From an uncultured Thermoleophilia bacterium (lineage in GTDB: Bacteria > Actinomycetota > Thermoleophilia > UBA2241): 64,000 nucleotides of DNA. Below are positions 18,155 to 30,618 of this stretch, piece after piece. The notes under the pieces are model-generated. The model made no database searches, was not told the DNA's origin, and was given only the letters and a program-made list of their open reading frames with translations. The position numbers and the translations under genes were made by a program. Position 1 is the stretch's first letter, and each line of letters starts with the position of its first letter. The DNA lies in assembly GCA_963715985.1 (NCBI GenBank), contig CAVQSP010000013.1:352001-416000 (forward strand). Direction: 5' to 3'.

Positions 18155-18796
18155 TCAGGGCGTCAGGCGCTGGCGGCGGATGTAGCTGAGGTACGTGGAC
18201 ACCGCCGCGTCGGCTTCGTCCACGTCGCGGCGGTGGCCCGCGACGAGCCGGTCGCCCACGCTCTGCCGCGTGACGCCCAGCTTCTCGGCCACGTCGCGCT
18301 GGTGGCCGAGCTCGCGGTACGCGGCGATCGCCTCCCACTGTTTGGCCGTGCGCGCGCGGATGAGCGGGTCCACCAGCCGGCAGAGCGCGGCCAGCAGCAC
18401 GTCGCCCGCCTCCCCGGTGCCCACGTAGCGCGTCAGGCCGTCGTCGCGGATCGTGAGCTGCAGGGCCCGGCGCGCGCCGGAGAAGGCATCGCGCGCCTCA
18501 CCGCCGGCGTCCCGGGCTCCGGCCGCCGGCCCCACACCGACCCCCACGCGCAGCAGGCGCGGCGCCAGACTCTCGCGCAGGACGCTGATGCAGTGCGGCG
18601 CCCGGGACGGGTCGGAGAGGGCGCCGTCGATGCGGTCCGCCGCCGCCAGGGTGAAGGGCTCTGCCAGCGCGGCGAAGTACAGACGGTTGACGCGCTCCAG
18701 CGCTGCCCGCAGGGTGCCGTCTCCGCCGCCGCTGGAGACCACGTCTGCCTCGATCACGGCGATGACCCTGCTCTCGCGGCGTTTGTCGAACGGCAT
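18155..18796 (-). CDS. SatD-family protein
   Basis: AVIEADVVSS, LRVGVGVG, F..ARRAL, C-terminal HTH QRDVAEKLGVTRQSV. Confidence 0.65.
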   Translation of the reverse strand: MPFDKRRESRVIAVIEADVVSSGGGDGTLRAALERVNRLYFAALAEPFTLAAADRIDGALSDPSRAPHCISVLRESLAPRLLRVGVGVGPAAGARDAGGEARDAFSGARRALQLTIRDDGLTRYVGTGEAGDVLLAALCRLVDPLIRARTAKQWEAIAAYRELGHQRDVAEKLGVTRQSVGDRLVAGHRRDVDEADAAVSTYLSYIRRQRLTP

Positions 18797-18962
18797 GCTG
18801 CAAGCTACGCCGCTCCGTCCGCGTCTCCTGCCGGGTCGCCTCCCGAGCCGCTGTGGCGCGGCCTTCACAGGGCTTAATCATCCTCCGCACAGTGTAAATG
18901 GCACGAAGCGCCGAGGTGGGCTACACTATGTCCTCGTTGGCCATACAACCGGGGGTATCCGC

Positions 18963-19388
18963 GTGAACAAGAAGTCTCGCACCCGTTTGCTCATCGCCAC
19001 CGGCGTCATCGTGGTGGTGTTCATCGTCGGAGTCGTCTTCCTCGTCCAGAAACAGGGCGCGTATTATCGGCAGGTCTCGGACCTCACCACCGGCCAGTAC
19101 GACGGCAAGAACGTCAAGGTCGGGGGACGCGTGATGGACGGCACGATCAACCGCGATGCCAGCGGCGTGCACTTCGCCATCAAGGACCTCACCGGCAAGG
19201 ACGACACCGTGCAGGTCACGTACAGCGGCCAGATGCCCAACACGTTCGAGAGCGGCGTCGACGTCGTCGTCATCGGCACCTACGCCTCAGACGGCAGCCT
19301 GATCACGGCGGACCAGCTGCAGACCAAGTGCCCCAGCAAGTACAAGGGGTCGGCTTCACCGGCGGCCACGACAGACGCGACCCAGTGA
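18963..19388 (+). CDS. ccmE: Heme chaperone CcmE, CxxxY type
   Basis: N-terminal TM, YY..SDL, V.Y.G..P.TF, QTKCPSKY. Confidence 0.9.
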   Translation: MNKKSRTRLLIATGVIVVVFIVGVVFLVQKQGAYYRQVSDLTTGQYDGKNVKVGGRVMDGTINRDASGVHFAIKDLTGKDDTVQVTYSGQMPNTFESGVDVVVIGTYASDGSLITADQLQTKCPSKYKGSASPAATTDATQ

Positions 19389-19398
19389 GGCCGCGCCT

Positions 19399-21414
<2,016 letters not shown>

Positions 21415-21425
21415 CGGAGGAGCCC

Positions 21426-22139
21426 GTGCCGCTCGAGATCGAGGTCGAGGGTCTGCGCAAGACGTTCGGCCGCCGCGAAGTGCTGAAGGGCCTCTCCTTC
21501 AGCGTCGAGCGCGGCGGCTTTCTGAGCATCTTCGGACCCAACGGGGCCGGCAAGACCACCACGCTGCGCGTGCTCGCCACGCTGCTCACGGCGAGCGGGG
21601 GCAGCGTCAAGGTCGCCGGTCACGACGTCCGCAACGACCCCATGCCGGTCCGCTCCACCATCGGCCTGATCTCGCACACCCCGATGCTGTACCCGGACCT
21701 CACTGCCGACGAGAACCTCAGGTTCTACGCCGACATGTACGGCCTGCAGGACCGCGAGGCGCGCATCAGCGACCTCCTCGAACGCCTCGAGCTCAGCCAC
21801 CGCCGCCACGACGTGGTGCGCACCTACAGCAAGGGCATGCGCCAGCGGCTCGCCATCGCGCGCGCCGTGCTCCACCGCCCGCGCGTGCTTCTGCTCGACG
21901 AGCCGCACTCCGGCCTCGACCCGCGCGCCGTGGACATCTTCGACGGCCTGCTCGCGGAGATCCGCGACGAGCACACCTTCGTGATGGTGACCCACAACAT
22001 CGCCAAGGGCCTGGACTGGGGCACCGAGCTCATGATCATCGAGAACGGCCGCATCGCCTACCAGCACGCCGCCGGCGTGGATCACGACGCCTTCAGCGCC
22101 GTGTACCGCGAGCACGTCCGCGACGGGAGCGTGGTGTGA
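21426..22139 (+). CDS. ccmA: Heme exporter ATPase CcmA
   Basis: GPNGAGKTT, YSKGMRQR, LLLDEP; located between ccmF and ccmB. Confidence 0.88.
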   Translation: MPLEIEVEGLRKTFGRREVLKGLSFSVERGGFLSIFGPNGAGKTTTLRVLATLLTASGGSVKVAGHDVRNDPMPVRSTIGLISHTPMLYPDLTADENLRFYADMYGLQDREARISDLLERLELSHRRHDVVRTYSKGMRQRLAIARAVLHRPRVLLLDEPHSGLDPRAVDIFDGLLAEIRDEHTFVMVTHNIAKGLDWGTELMIIENGRIAYQHAAGVDHDAFSAVYREHVRDGSVV

Positions 22140-22822
22140 AGGGTCGCCGCCAGTTCATGGCCATCCTGCGCAAGGACCTCATCCGCGAGCTGCGCACCCG
22201 CGAGATGCTGATCAGCATGATCCTCTTCGTGCTGCTGGCGATGGTGATCTTCCACTACGCCTTCACCGTGAAGGAGGGCGCCGACCTCACCTTCTTCACC
22301 GGCGGCATGCTGTGGGTCACGTTCATCTTCGCCATGCTGCTGGGCCTCAACCGCTCGTTCGCGCAGGAGAAGGACGAGCGCTGCCTGGACGGCCTGCTCC
22401 TCTGCCCGGTCGATCGCGTGACCATCTTCCTCGCGAAGACGGCCGGCAACCTCATCTTCCTGCTCATCATCCAGGTGGTCGCGGTACCGGTGTTCACGCT
22501 CTTCTTCGTGGAGCGCAGCTACTTCGGCGACATCCTGCAGTTCCTCATCGTCCTGCTGCTGGCCGACGTGGGTATCTGCGCCCTGGGCACGCTGCTCGCG
22601 ACGATATCCATGAACACGCGCTCGCGCGACCTGCTGCTGCCCATCATCTTCCTGCCGCTCATCGTGCCGGTGCTGATCGCCGCCACCGGCGCCACGACTC
22701 TGATCTTCGCCGAGGGCGCGAGCCTCGGCAGCCTGCTCGCGCGCATCCTGTTCCTGTTAGGCTTTGACGCCGTCTTCCTGGTGGCGGCGTACGGCACCTA
22801 CGACTTCGCGATAGGAGAGTGA
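22136..22822 (+). CDS. ccmB: Heme exporter CcmB
   Basis: KDL..ELRTRE, F..EK...LDGLLL.P, LLPIIFLPL.VP. Confidence 0.9.
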   Translation: MKGRRQFMAILRKDLIRELRTREMLISMILFVLLAMVIFHYAFTVKEGADLTFFTGGMLWVTFIFAMLLGLNRSFAQEKDERCLDGLLLCPVDRVTIFLAKTAGNLIFLLIIQVVAVPVFTLFFVERSYFGDILQFLIVLLLADVGICALGTLLATISMNTRSRDLLLPIIFLPLIVPVLIAATGATTLIFAEGASLGSLLARILFLLGFDAVFLVAAYGTYDFAIGE

Positions 22823-23508
22823 GCGTGAAGAAGCTCATCAGCGCACCGTCGCTCTTCATCGGCGCCGGCATCTTCCTGATCGTCGGCCTGCTGCTCGGCT
22901 TCTGGTGGGCCCCGGTGGATTCCTCGTCGATGGGGTTCAGCCAGAAGATCTTCTACTACCACGCGCCCATCGCCGAGACGGCTCTCGTGGCCTTCGGCAT
23001 CTCCTTCGTGGCCGCCATCCTGTACCTGCGCTCCCAGGACCTGAAGTGGGACCGCCTCGGCTTCGTCTGCGTGCGCCTCGGCCTGCTCTTCAGCGTGCTC
23101 GTGATGATCACGGGCATGATCTGGGGCAAGGCGTCCTGGGACACGTGGTGGGCCTGGGAACCGCGCCTCACCACCTTCCTGCTGGTCTGCTTCCTCTACA
23201 TCGCCTACTGGGTGTTGCGCTCGGTCGTGGAGGAGGAGCAGCGGCGCGCCACCTACGCGGCGGTGTTCGCGATCATCGCCTTCATCGACGTGCCCATCAC
23301 GTTCTTCGCCACGCGCTTCCTGCCGGAGGGTCTGCACCCTGTGGTCATCACCACCGGCGACACCGGCATGGAAGGCAGCATGTTCGTGAGCTTCTTCCTC
23401 AGCATGATCGGCATGACCCTTCTCCTGGTCGCGCTCATCCGCAGCGAGCTCGTCGTCGAGGCGCTCAAGGACCGCGTGGCCGACCTCAAGCACAAGATCG
23501 GAGGCTGA
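22819..23508 (+). CDS. ccmC: Heme exporter CcmC
   Basis: KIFYYH.P, GMIWGKASWDTWWAWEPRLT, LHP. Confidence 0.92.
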   Translation: MSVKKLISAPSLFIGAGIFLIVGLLLGFWWAPVDSSSMGFSQKIFYYHAPIAETALVAFGISFVAAILYLRSQDLKWDRLGFVCVRLGLLFSVLVMITGMIWGKASWDTWWAWEPRLTTFLLVCFLYIAYWVLRSVVEEEQRRATYAAVFAIIAFIDVPITFFATRFLPEGLHPVVITTGDTGMEGSMFVSFFLSMIGMTLLLVALIRSELVVEALKDRVADLKHKIGG

Positions 23509-23512
23509 CCCG

Positions 23513-23686
23513 ATGTCCATCGAAGAGGCTGCCAGGTTCGTTGCCGCCGCCTACGCCGTCATCCTCGCGGTGCTGATCCTGTACTTCATCATCACCGCCC
23601 GCCGGGTGAACGTCCTGAAACGCGACATGGAGTTGATCGAGCAGGAAGTGGAGCGCCGGCAGCCCGGCGAGTCGCCCGAAGGGTGA
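23513..23686 (+). CDS. ccmD: CcmD-like small membrane protein (not in ORF track)
   Basis: MSIEEAARFVAAAYAVILAVLILYFIITARRVNVLKRDMELIE..., 57 aa, right after ccmC; SD GGAGG. Confidence 0.75.
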   Translation: MSIEEAARFVAAAYAVILAVLILYFIITARRVNVLKRDMELIEQEVERRQPGESPEG

Positions 23687-23730
23687 CCCGCCGGTAGCCC
23701 CGGCGCACGCCGGAGCGCATACTCCCGCTC

Positions 23731-24558
23731 ATGGAGCACACTTCCGTCATCTTCCTCTGGGTCGCGTACCTGCTGTACGCGGGCGCCTTCGCCGTGTTCG
23801 TGGTCCAGTTCCTCACCAAGAGCCCGGTGCTCAACCGGGTGGGCCTCTGGGTGGCCGCGTTCGGCCTCGTCGGCCAGACGGTGGCGATCATCCTGCGCGG
23901 CTTCAGCGCCGGGCACGTGCCCTTCGCGGGCGCCTACGAGTCGCTGGTCATGGTGGCCTGGTCGATCGCTCTCGTGTGGCACATCCTGGAGTCGTTCACG
24001 AAGATCCGCGCCGTCGGGCTCTACGTGCTCCCCGTGGTCCTCGTGCTGCTCACCGTGGCCTGGGTGGAGTACCGGGCCCCCGCCGAGCTCGTCCCCGCCC
24101 TGCGCAGCGACATCGTCGTGCTCCACGTCATCGTGATGCTCACGGCCATCGGCTGCCTGTACGTGGCCGGCGGCGCGGCCATCATCTACCTCATCGAAGA
24201 GGCGCTGCTGCGGCGGCATCACGCCGACGGCGTGTTGGGCCGCCTGCCCTCGCTGGGCACGCTGGAGAAGCTCGTCTACCACGCCACGCTGGTGGGCCTG
24301 CCCTTCCTCACCGCCGGCATGCTCGCCGGCATCATCCGTGCCGAGACCTACAGCGTGCCGGACTGGTGGCTCGACCCCATGGTCCTCCTCGCGCTCGGCG
24401 CATGGGCGCTGTACGCGGCGCTGCTGTGGGGCAGGGTGCGCGCCGACTGGGTGGGCAGCCGCATCGCCTGGCTGGCCGTCTCCGGGCTCGTCGTCCTGCT
24501 CGTCATCCGGTTCGCCGCCGTTCCGTTCTGGAGCGGCTTCCACACCTACGGGGGCTGA
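23731..24558 (+). CDS. CcsA/HemX-like cytochrome c assembly family membrane protein
   Basis: GHVPF...YESL, LHV, L..LEKL, W.LDP; multiple TMs; precedes hemA. Confidence 0.8.
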   Translation: MEHTSVIFLWVAYLLYAGAFAVFVVQFLTKSPVLNRVGLWVAAFGLVGQTVAIILRGFSAGHVPFAGAYESLVMVAWSIALVWHILESFTKIRAVGLYVLPVVLVLLTVAWVEYRAPAELVPALRSDIVVLHVIVMLTAIGCLYVAGGAAIIYLIEEALLRRHHADGVLGRLPSLGTLEKLVYHATLVGLPFLTAGMLAGIIRAETYSVPDWWLDPMVLLALGAWALYAALLWGRVRADWVGSRIAWLAVSGLVVLLVIRFAAVPFWSGFHTYGG

Positions 24559-24561
24559 GGC

Positions 24562-26083
24562 GTGCTCGTCGTCGTCACCGGCATCTCGCACAAGACCGCC
24601 TCGCTCGAGCTGCGCGAGCGCCTTGCGTTGGACGAGGCCGAGTCGCTGAATCTGGCGCAGGAGCTGCTGGAGAGCGGCGTGGCCTGCGAGGCCGTCGCGC
24701 TCAGCACCTGCAACCGCACAGAGCTCTACGTGTACGCGCCGGATTCTCTGGCGGCGCGCCACGCTTGCGTGGCTGCTCTGGCGCACCACGCCGGCGTGCC
24801 GGGTCGCCGAGCTCGAGCCGAGTCTGTACAGCTACTCCGGGGACGGCGCCATCAGCCACCTGTTCCGCGTCACCTCGAGCCTGGACTCCATGGTGGTCGG
24901 CGAGGCGCAGATCGTCGCGCAGATGAAGGGCGCCTACCAGCTCGCCTGCGAGGGCGGTTGCACCAGCGTGGTCTTCAACCGCCTGTTCCGCCACGCCCTC
25001 GAGGTGGGCAAGCGGGTGCGCACCGAGACCACGATCGGCGAGCGGCCGGTGAGCGTCAGCTCCGCGGCCGTCGAGCTGGCCCTGCAGGTGTTCGGCAAGC
25101 TCAAGGACCACACCGTGCTCATCGTCGGCGCGGGAGAGACCAGCGAGCTCACGGCCGTCCACCTCAAGGCCCAGGGCATCGAGCGCATCCTCGTGACCAA
25201 CCGCACCTTCGAGACCTCTGTGGAGCTCGCGCGTCGCGTGGGCGGTGAGGCGGCGCACTTCCGCGACCTCGAGGAGCACCTGACTGCAGCGGACATCGTC
25301 ATCAGCTCCACCTCGGCGCCGCACTACGTCATCACCCGTGAGGTGGTGGAGCGGGCGCTCAAGCATCGCCGCAAGCGCCCCATCTTCTTCATCGACATCG
25401 CCGTGCCGCGCGACCTGGACCCCGAGATCAACCGCGTCAGGAACGCCTACCTGTACGACATCGACGACCTGCAGCACGTGGTGGAGCACAACCGCCACGA
25501 GCGTGAGAAGGACGCCCAGCATGCGGAGCGCATCGTCGGCGAGGAGCTGGGCAGCGTGAACGACTGGCTGCGCAGCCTCGAAGTGGTGCCGACCATCGCC
25601 ACCCTCCGCGAGGCCGTGGAGGGCATCCGCAAGAGCGAGCTCGAGCGGCTGAGCAACAAGCTCACCGGACTGACCGAGGAGCAGCGCGCCCAGGTGGAGA
25701 TGCTCACGGCGAGCATCGTGAACAAGATCCTGCACATGCCCACGGTCAAGATGAAGGAGGCCGCGGGCCGCAGCGAGTGCTACCTGTACGTGGATGCGGT
25801 GCGGACGCTGTTCGACCTCTCGGGCGGCGGCAGCGAAGAGGACGCCGCGGCCGGAGACGGCAGCGGGGCGGGCGCGAGCAGCAGCGGCGCCGCGGGCAAG
25901 GGGTCCGGTGGCGACGACGCCGCGGTGAACGGCGCCGGGCACACCGGGGACGTGGCAGCGCCGCCGGCGGAGCCCGCTGCGGCTCCCGAGGCGGCGCCGG
26001 CCACCGGCCGCGACGGCGTCGACGTCGCCGCCACCGGCGCCACCGTCCACCAGCTGCGCGGCACGGGCACGGGGCGCGCGTGA
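24562..26083 (+). CDS. hemA: Glutamyl-tRNA reductase (frameshift ~24800)
   Basis: GISHKTA, LSTCNRTE; then SLDSMVVGEAQI, VSVSSAAV, DIAVPRD. Confidence 0.92.
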
Positions 26084-27084
26084 ATAGCCGCCGAAGTCCA
26101 GCTATCGAGCGGGACACCGAAGGGGTACCGCTCCGCGACGTCCTGCGCATCGGCTCGCGCGGCAGCAGGCTCGCCCTCATCCAGAGCGAGTGGGTGCGCG
26201 ACCAGCTGATGCGCCTGCACCCAGGGCTGCACGTGGAGATCGAGGTCATCCAGACCAAGGGCGACAAGCTCCTCGACGCCCCGCTGGCCAAGATCGGCGA
26301 CAAGGGACTGTTCACCAAGGAGCTCGAGTCCGCGATGCTGGAGGGGCGCACCGACCTGGCCGTGCACTCCGCCAAGGACATGCCGACCGAGGTGCCCGAC
26401 GGCCTCGCGATCGTCGCCTTCACGGCTCGCGAGGACGTGCACGATGCGTTCGTGGCCGGCCCGCAGGGCCGGCCCCCAGGCGTCTCTGCGATCCCCGAGG
26501 GCGCCGTGATCGGCACCTCCAGTCTGCGGCGCCGCTCGCAGCTGCTGGCCCTGCGCCCGGACCTCCAGCTTGTCGATATCCGCGGCAACGTGCAGACGCG
26601 CCTGCGCAAGCTCGAAGAGCAAGACCTGGCCGGCACCATCCTGGCGGCGGCCGGCCTCGCGCGGCTGCGGCAGCCGGAGCTGGCGGCCTTCGCCTTCTCG
26701 TTCCAGCAGATGCTGCCCGCCGTAGGCCAGGGCTCTCTGGCCATCGAGGCGCGCGCCGACGACGCGCGCGTGGCCGCACTGGTCATGCCGCTCGTGCACG
26801 AGCCGACCAGTCTGGCCGTGCGCGCGGAGCGCGGCCTGATGCACGCCCTCGAGGGCGGCTGTCAGGTGCCCATCGCGGCGTACGCCGAAGTCTCGCGCGT
26901 GCCCGGCGACCTCAGTCTCGAACAGCTCCGCCTGCGCGCCTTCGTCGGCTCGCTCGATGGCACCGACACCGTGCGCGGCGAGCTGACAGGCCCGTCAGGC
27001 GCGCCCGAGGGCCTCGGGATCGCCCTGGCGGCCGACCTGCGCGCCCGCGGGGCCGACCGCATCCTGGCGCAGGTCCGCGGGTAG
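26080..27084 (+). CDS. hemC: Hydroxymethylbilane synthase
   Basis: IGSRGSRLA, KGLFTKE, VHSAKD, GTSSLRR, RGNV.TR, EGGCQVP. Confidence 0.95.
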   Translation: MNSRRSPAIERDTEGVPLRDVLRIGSRGSRLALIQSEWVRDQLMRLHPGLHVEIEVIQTKGDKLLDAPLAKIGDKGLFTKELESAMLEGRTDLAVHSAKDMPTEVPDGLAIVAFTAREDVHDAFVAGPQGRPPGVSAIPEGAVIGTSSLRRRSQLLALRPDLQLVDIRGNVQTRLRKLEEQDLAGTILAAAGLARLRQPELAAFAFSFQQMLPAVGQGSLAIEARADDARVAALVMPLVHEPTSLAVRAERGLMHALEGGCQVPIAAYAEVSRVPGDLSLEQLRLRAFVGSLDGTDTVRGELTGPSGAPEGLGIALAADLRARGADRILAQVRG

Positions 27085-27091
27085 CGGCGGC

Positions 27092-27940
27092 GTGAGCGAC
27101 CGCCGCCCGCTCGCCGGCAAGACGGTGGTCGTGACCCGCCCGCGCGAGCAGGCCGCCTCGCTGGCGGAGCCGCTGCAGCACCTGGGCGCCGACGTGCTCC
27201 TCGCGCCCACCATCCGCATCCGGCCGCGACCCTGGGACGACGAGGTCGCGGCCGCCGTCGCCGGACTCGCCGGGTACAGGCTCGTGATCTTCACCAGCGT
27301 CAACGGCGTGCGGATCTTCCTCGACTACTTGGAGGCGCCGGAGGCAGCGGCCCTCCCGGGCCGGTCCGCCGGCATGGCCGCGGCGCTGCCGTCTGCGGTC
27401 ACCGTGGCGGCCGTGGGGTCGGCCACGGCGTCCGCCCTCGAGCAGCGGGGAGTGGCCTGTGACGTGGTGCCCGACGAGTTCGTCGCCGAGGGCCTCGTGG
27501 CGGAGCTCGAACGCCGCGGCGCTGCGCCTGCGGGCACACGCGTGCTGATCCCCGCGGCCCGGCGCGCCCGACCCGTGCTGCCCGACGCGCTGCGCGCGTG
27601 GGGCGCCGAGGTCGACGTGCTGGCGGTGTACGACACGGTGGCGGCCGGGTCTCTTGACGTTCCCGTGGCGCGCCTGGCCGCCGCTGACTTCATCACCTTC
27701 ACGTCGGGCAGCACGGCACGCGAGTTCGTCGCCCTTGTGAGCGATGCCCTGGCGAACGAGGCTGCCGGCGCGGCCCTGCCCCTGGCCGACATCCTCAGCG
27801 GCGTGCGCCTCTGCTCCATCGGTCCGGCCACCAGCGCCGTGCTGCGTGAGCTGGGCCTTCCCGTGGCAGTCGAGGCGCCGGAACACACGGCGGCGGGCCT
27901 CGTGGCCGCTATCGCCGCCGCCGCCCTGCACCTCGCCTGA
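27092..27940 (+). CDS. hemD: Uroporphyrinogen-III synthase
   Basis: VVTRP, FTSVNGV, VYDT, FTSGST, SIGP.T. Confidence 0.9.
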   Translation: MSDRRPLAGKTVVVTRPREQAASLAEPLQHLGADVLLAPTIRIRPRPWDDEVAAAVAGLAGYRLVIFTSVNGVRIFLDYLEAPEAAALPGRSAGMAAALPSAVTVAAVGSATASALEQRGVACDVVPDEFVAEGLVAELERRGAAPAGTRVLIPAARRARPVLPDALRAWGAEVDVLAVYDTVAAGSLDVPVARLAAADFITFTSGSTAREFVALVSDALANEAAGAALPLADILSGVRLCSIGPATSAVLRELGLPVAVEAPEHTAAGLVAAIAAAALHLA

Positions 27941-27991
27941 GCCTGCCGGCTGCTCCCCCTCGCTTCGCTGAGGCCCGGCCGGCCTGTATAC

Positions 27992-28360
27992 ATGACTGGC
28001 AACGCTTCGCTGCACCCTCCCGTTCTGGGCCGGCGCGCCCACGACCGTGTCCTCGGCGAGCAGGCCGAGCTCAGCGAGGCCATCCCGCGGCGCTGGCCCG
28101 CCATGGACCGCCCCTTCCTCGTTACTCTCTGCGGCATGTACTGGGGTTCCCCGGACGAGTACGTGCCGCCGCAGGACCCGCATCACCGCTGCGCGCCGGA
28201 CGACGTGCACTGCGGCGCCCAGCTCAATGACACGGTCTACGTGATGCCCGACGGCAGGATCATCCCGTGCCCGCGGTTCGTCGACACGCCGATCCAGGAC
28301 GCCATGCGGTCCCCGCTCGACGTCGGCCTGCCGGAGGCTTGGGAAGACTCCGCCGGGTGA
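27992..28360 (+). pseudogene. Orphan SPASM-domain-like fragment
   Basis: CGA....YVMPDGRIIPC motif of radical-SAM SPASM domains; no CxxxCxxC domain seen. Confidence 0.45.
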
Positions 28361-28412
28361 GAGGTCGCCCGTGGACGTTGCGCCGCGGGGCGCAACGTCG
28401 TAGGTTGCCGTC

Positions 28413-29219
28413 ATGTCCCGGCCCATCTGCTTCGCCAGCGACTACGGCTACGCCGACGACTTCGCCGGCGTGTGCCGCGGCGTCATCGCGCGCCTCGCCC
28501 CGGACGTACGCGTCATCGACGTGACGCACGGCCTGCCGCAGCGCGACGTGCTCGCGGGGGCGCTGATCCTGCGCAACTCGCTGCCCTACATGCCGGACCA
28601 CGCCGTGCACCTCACGGTCGTCGATCCCGGCGTGGGCGGACTGCGTCGGGCGGTCGCCCTGCGCAGCCACGGCGACCGCTTCTTCGTGGGCCCAGACAAC
28701 GGCCTCATGATGCTGGCCGTCGCCCGCGACGGCGGCGTGGCTGAGTCCTTCGAGCTGACCAACGAGGAGCTCTGGCTCTCGCCGCTCTCCGCCACCTTTC
28801 ACGGCCGCGACGTCTTCGCCCCCGTGGCGGCGCGCCTTGCCGACGGGCTGCCGCTCGACGCGACGGGTACGCCCGTGGACATCGAGTCGCTCGCCGGGCT
28901 CGAACTTCCCGAGGTCCGCCGCCATCGCGACGGGCTCACGGCGACCGCGCTCCTCGTGGACCGCTTCGGCAACATCACCCTCAATCTGCGCGCCCGGCAG
29001 CTCGAGGAGGCCAAGCTCGGCGACGACGTCGAGCTGATCTGCGGGGCGGAGCGGTTTCTGGCGCGCGTGGCGAGCACGTTCTCCTCAGTGCGCCCCAGCG
29101 ACATCGTCGTCCTCGTGGACAGCTACGGCCAGGCGGCCATCGCCGTCAACGCCGGCTCCGCCGTGGAGGTGCTCGGCCTCGAACCGGGCGACCAGGTGAG
29201 GCTGCGCCGCCTGGGGTAG
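28413..29219 (+). CDS. SAM hydroxide adenosyltransferase (DUF62, fluorinase/chlorinase family)
   Basis: [31 protein letters not shown]. Confidence 0.92.
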   Translation: MSRPICFASDYGYADDFAGVCRGVIARLAPDVRVIDVTHGLPQRDVLAGALILRNSLPYMPDHAVHLTVVDPGVGGLRRAVALRSHGDRFFVGPDNGLMMLAVARDGGVAESFELTNEELWLSPLSATFHGRDVFAPVAARLADGLPLDATGTPVDIESLAGLELPEVRRHRDGLTATALLVDRFGNITLNLRARQLEEAKLGDDVELICGAERFLARVASTFSSVRPSDIVVLVDSYGQAAIAVNAGSAVEVLGLEPGDQVRLRRLG

Positions 29220-29350
29220 CGCCGCACCCGCCCTCGCGGTGGCCGGCGGCGCCTCACGCTGCTCGTGTTGCGCCGCCCGCCGGGATTCGCTATAGTTCCC
29301 CTTCGCGCGTCCGCATGGGCGCGCTTTCCGACAGCGAACCGAGTGAGCGC

Positions 29351-29785
29351 ATGAAGACTTACGTCGCCAAGCCGTCCAGCATCGAGAAGAAGTGGTACAT
29401 CGTCGACGCCAAGGGCCAAACGCTGGGCCGGCTCGCCACGGTAGTCGCCGACTGCCTGCGCGGCAAGCGCAAGGCCATCTACACCCCCAACATCGACACC
29501 GGCGATTTCGTCGTCGTGATCAACGCCGAGCAGATCGTCGTGACGGGCAAGAAGCCCGAGCAGAAGATGTACTACCACCACTCCGGCTATCCCGGCGGCA
29601 TCAAGAGCGAGTCCTACGCCAAACTGCAGGCGCGCCGCCCCGAGGAGATCGTGCGCCACGCCGTGCGCGGCATGCTGCCGCACAACAAGCTGGGCCGCGC
29701 GCAGATCCGCAAGCTCAAGATCTACGCGGGCGCGGAGCATCCCCACGAAGCGCAGCAGCCCGAAGCGCTCGAGATCAAGGAGTAA
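29351..29785 (+). CDS. rplM: 50S ribosomal protein L13
   Basis: WYIVDA..LGRLA, DTGDFV, HSGYPGG, GMLP, HPHEAQ. Confidence 0.97.
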   Translation: MKTYVAKPSSIEKKWYIVDAKGQTLGRLATVVADCLRGKRKAIYTPNIDTGDFVVVINAEQIVVTGKKPEQKMYYHHSGYPGGIKSESYAKLQARRPEEIVRHAVRGMLPHNKLGRAQIRKLKIYAGAEHPHEAQQPEALEIKE

Positions 29786-29788
29786 GGC

Positions 29789-30184
29789 GTGTCTGATGCA
29801 GTCACCTACCGCGCGACCGGCAAGCGCAAGACCAGCGTCGCCCGCGTGATCCTCACCCCCGGCGTCGGCAAGGTCGCCATCAACGGTCGCGAGATCGACG
29901 CCTACTTCGGGCGCAAGGTCCTCGAGACCATCGCGCTCATGCCGTTCGAGACCACCCGCACCGCAGGTCGCTTCGATGTGTCGGCCAACGTGTACGGCGG
30001 CGGCATCTCCAGCCAGGCCGGCGCCGTGCGTCACGGCATCGCCCGCGCCCTGTGCGAGGCCGACGAGAACCTGCGCACGCCGCTCAAGCGCGCCGGCTTC
30101 CTCACGCGCGACGACCGTCAGGTCGAGCGCAAGAAGGCCGGCTTCCACAAGGCGCGCAAGAAGCCGCAGTTCAGCAAGCGCTAG
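29789..30184 (+). CDS. rpsI: 30S ribosomal protein S9
   Basis: [29 protein letters not shown]. Confidence 0.97.
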   Translation: MSDAVTYRATGKRKTSVARVILTPGVGKVAINGREIDAYFGRKVLETIALMPFETTRTAGRFDVSANVYGGGISSQAGAVRHGIARALCEADENLRTPLKRAGFLTRDDRQVERKKAGFHKARKKPQFSKR

Positions 30185-30210
30185 GCCGCGGCGACTCGTA
30201 CGATGTTTCC

Positions 30211-30236
30211 GGCGGGCCGCCTTCGGGCGGCCCGCC
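30211..30236 (+). terminator. Hairpin after rpsI
   Basis: GGCGGGCCGCC-TTCG-GGCGGCCCGCC. Confidence 0.55.
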
Positions 30237-30415
30237 GTCGTTCCGCCCCAGTGCCGGACCGGCGCATCGCCGCCGCCGGACCGGCAACCCCAGCGTCCGA
30301 GACGCGGCGATGCAGCCGCGGTGCTAGGATGGCAGCCGTCGTCGCAAGGAGTCCCATGTTCTCGCGGTCCAGGAGGAGAAGAGCCAGCGTGCCGGTGCGC
30401 AGGAACACCGCACCC

Positions 30416-30601
30416 ATGTGGAAGAAGCTCGCCGTCGTGCTGTCGGCGCCCGTGGCCGTCGTGGTCGTCGTAGGGCTCCTGCACGCCAACACGTGGAACT
30501 TCTTCCTCTTCCTCGCCGTGGTCATCGGCGTCGCCGCAGCCGCAGTGTGGGGAACGGCCAAACTCCTCGGCGTGCATCTCAGCCTCGGCAGCTGGGACTG
30601 A
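30416..30601 (+). CDS. Small two-TM membrane protein
   Basis: MWKKLAVVLSAPVAVVVVVGLL..FFLFLAVVIGVAAAAVW; typical codon usage. Confidence 0.55.
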   Translation: MWKKLAVVLSAPVAVVVVVGLLHANTWNFFLFLAVVIGVAAAAVWGTAKLLGVHLSLGSWD

Positions 30602-30618
30602 CCCGCACCTCTCTCATC

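Noticed and set aside
25810-26083. Ala/Gly-rich tails and insertions in HemA, Alr, CCA and MutM as inteins or new domains
   Set aside because: Low-complexity, no intein terminal residues; typical loop expansions in high-GC genomes
28413-29219. Fluorinase/chlorinase secondary-metabolite gene
   Set aside because: Housekeeping context and motifs fit the widespread DUF62 SAM hydrolase
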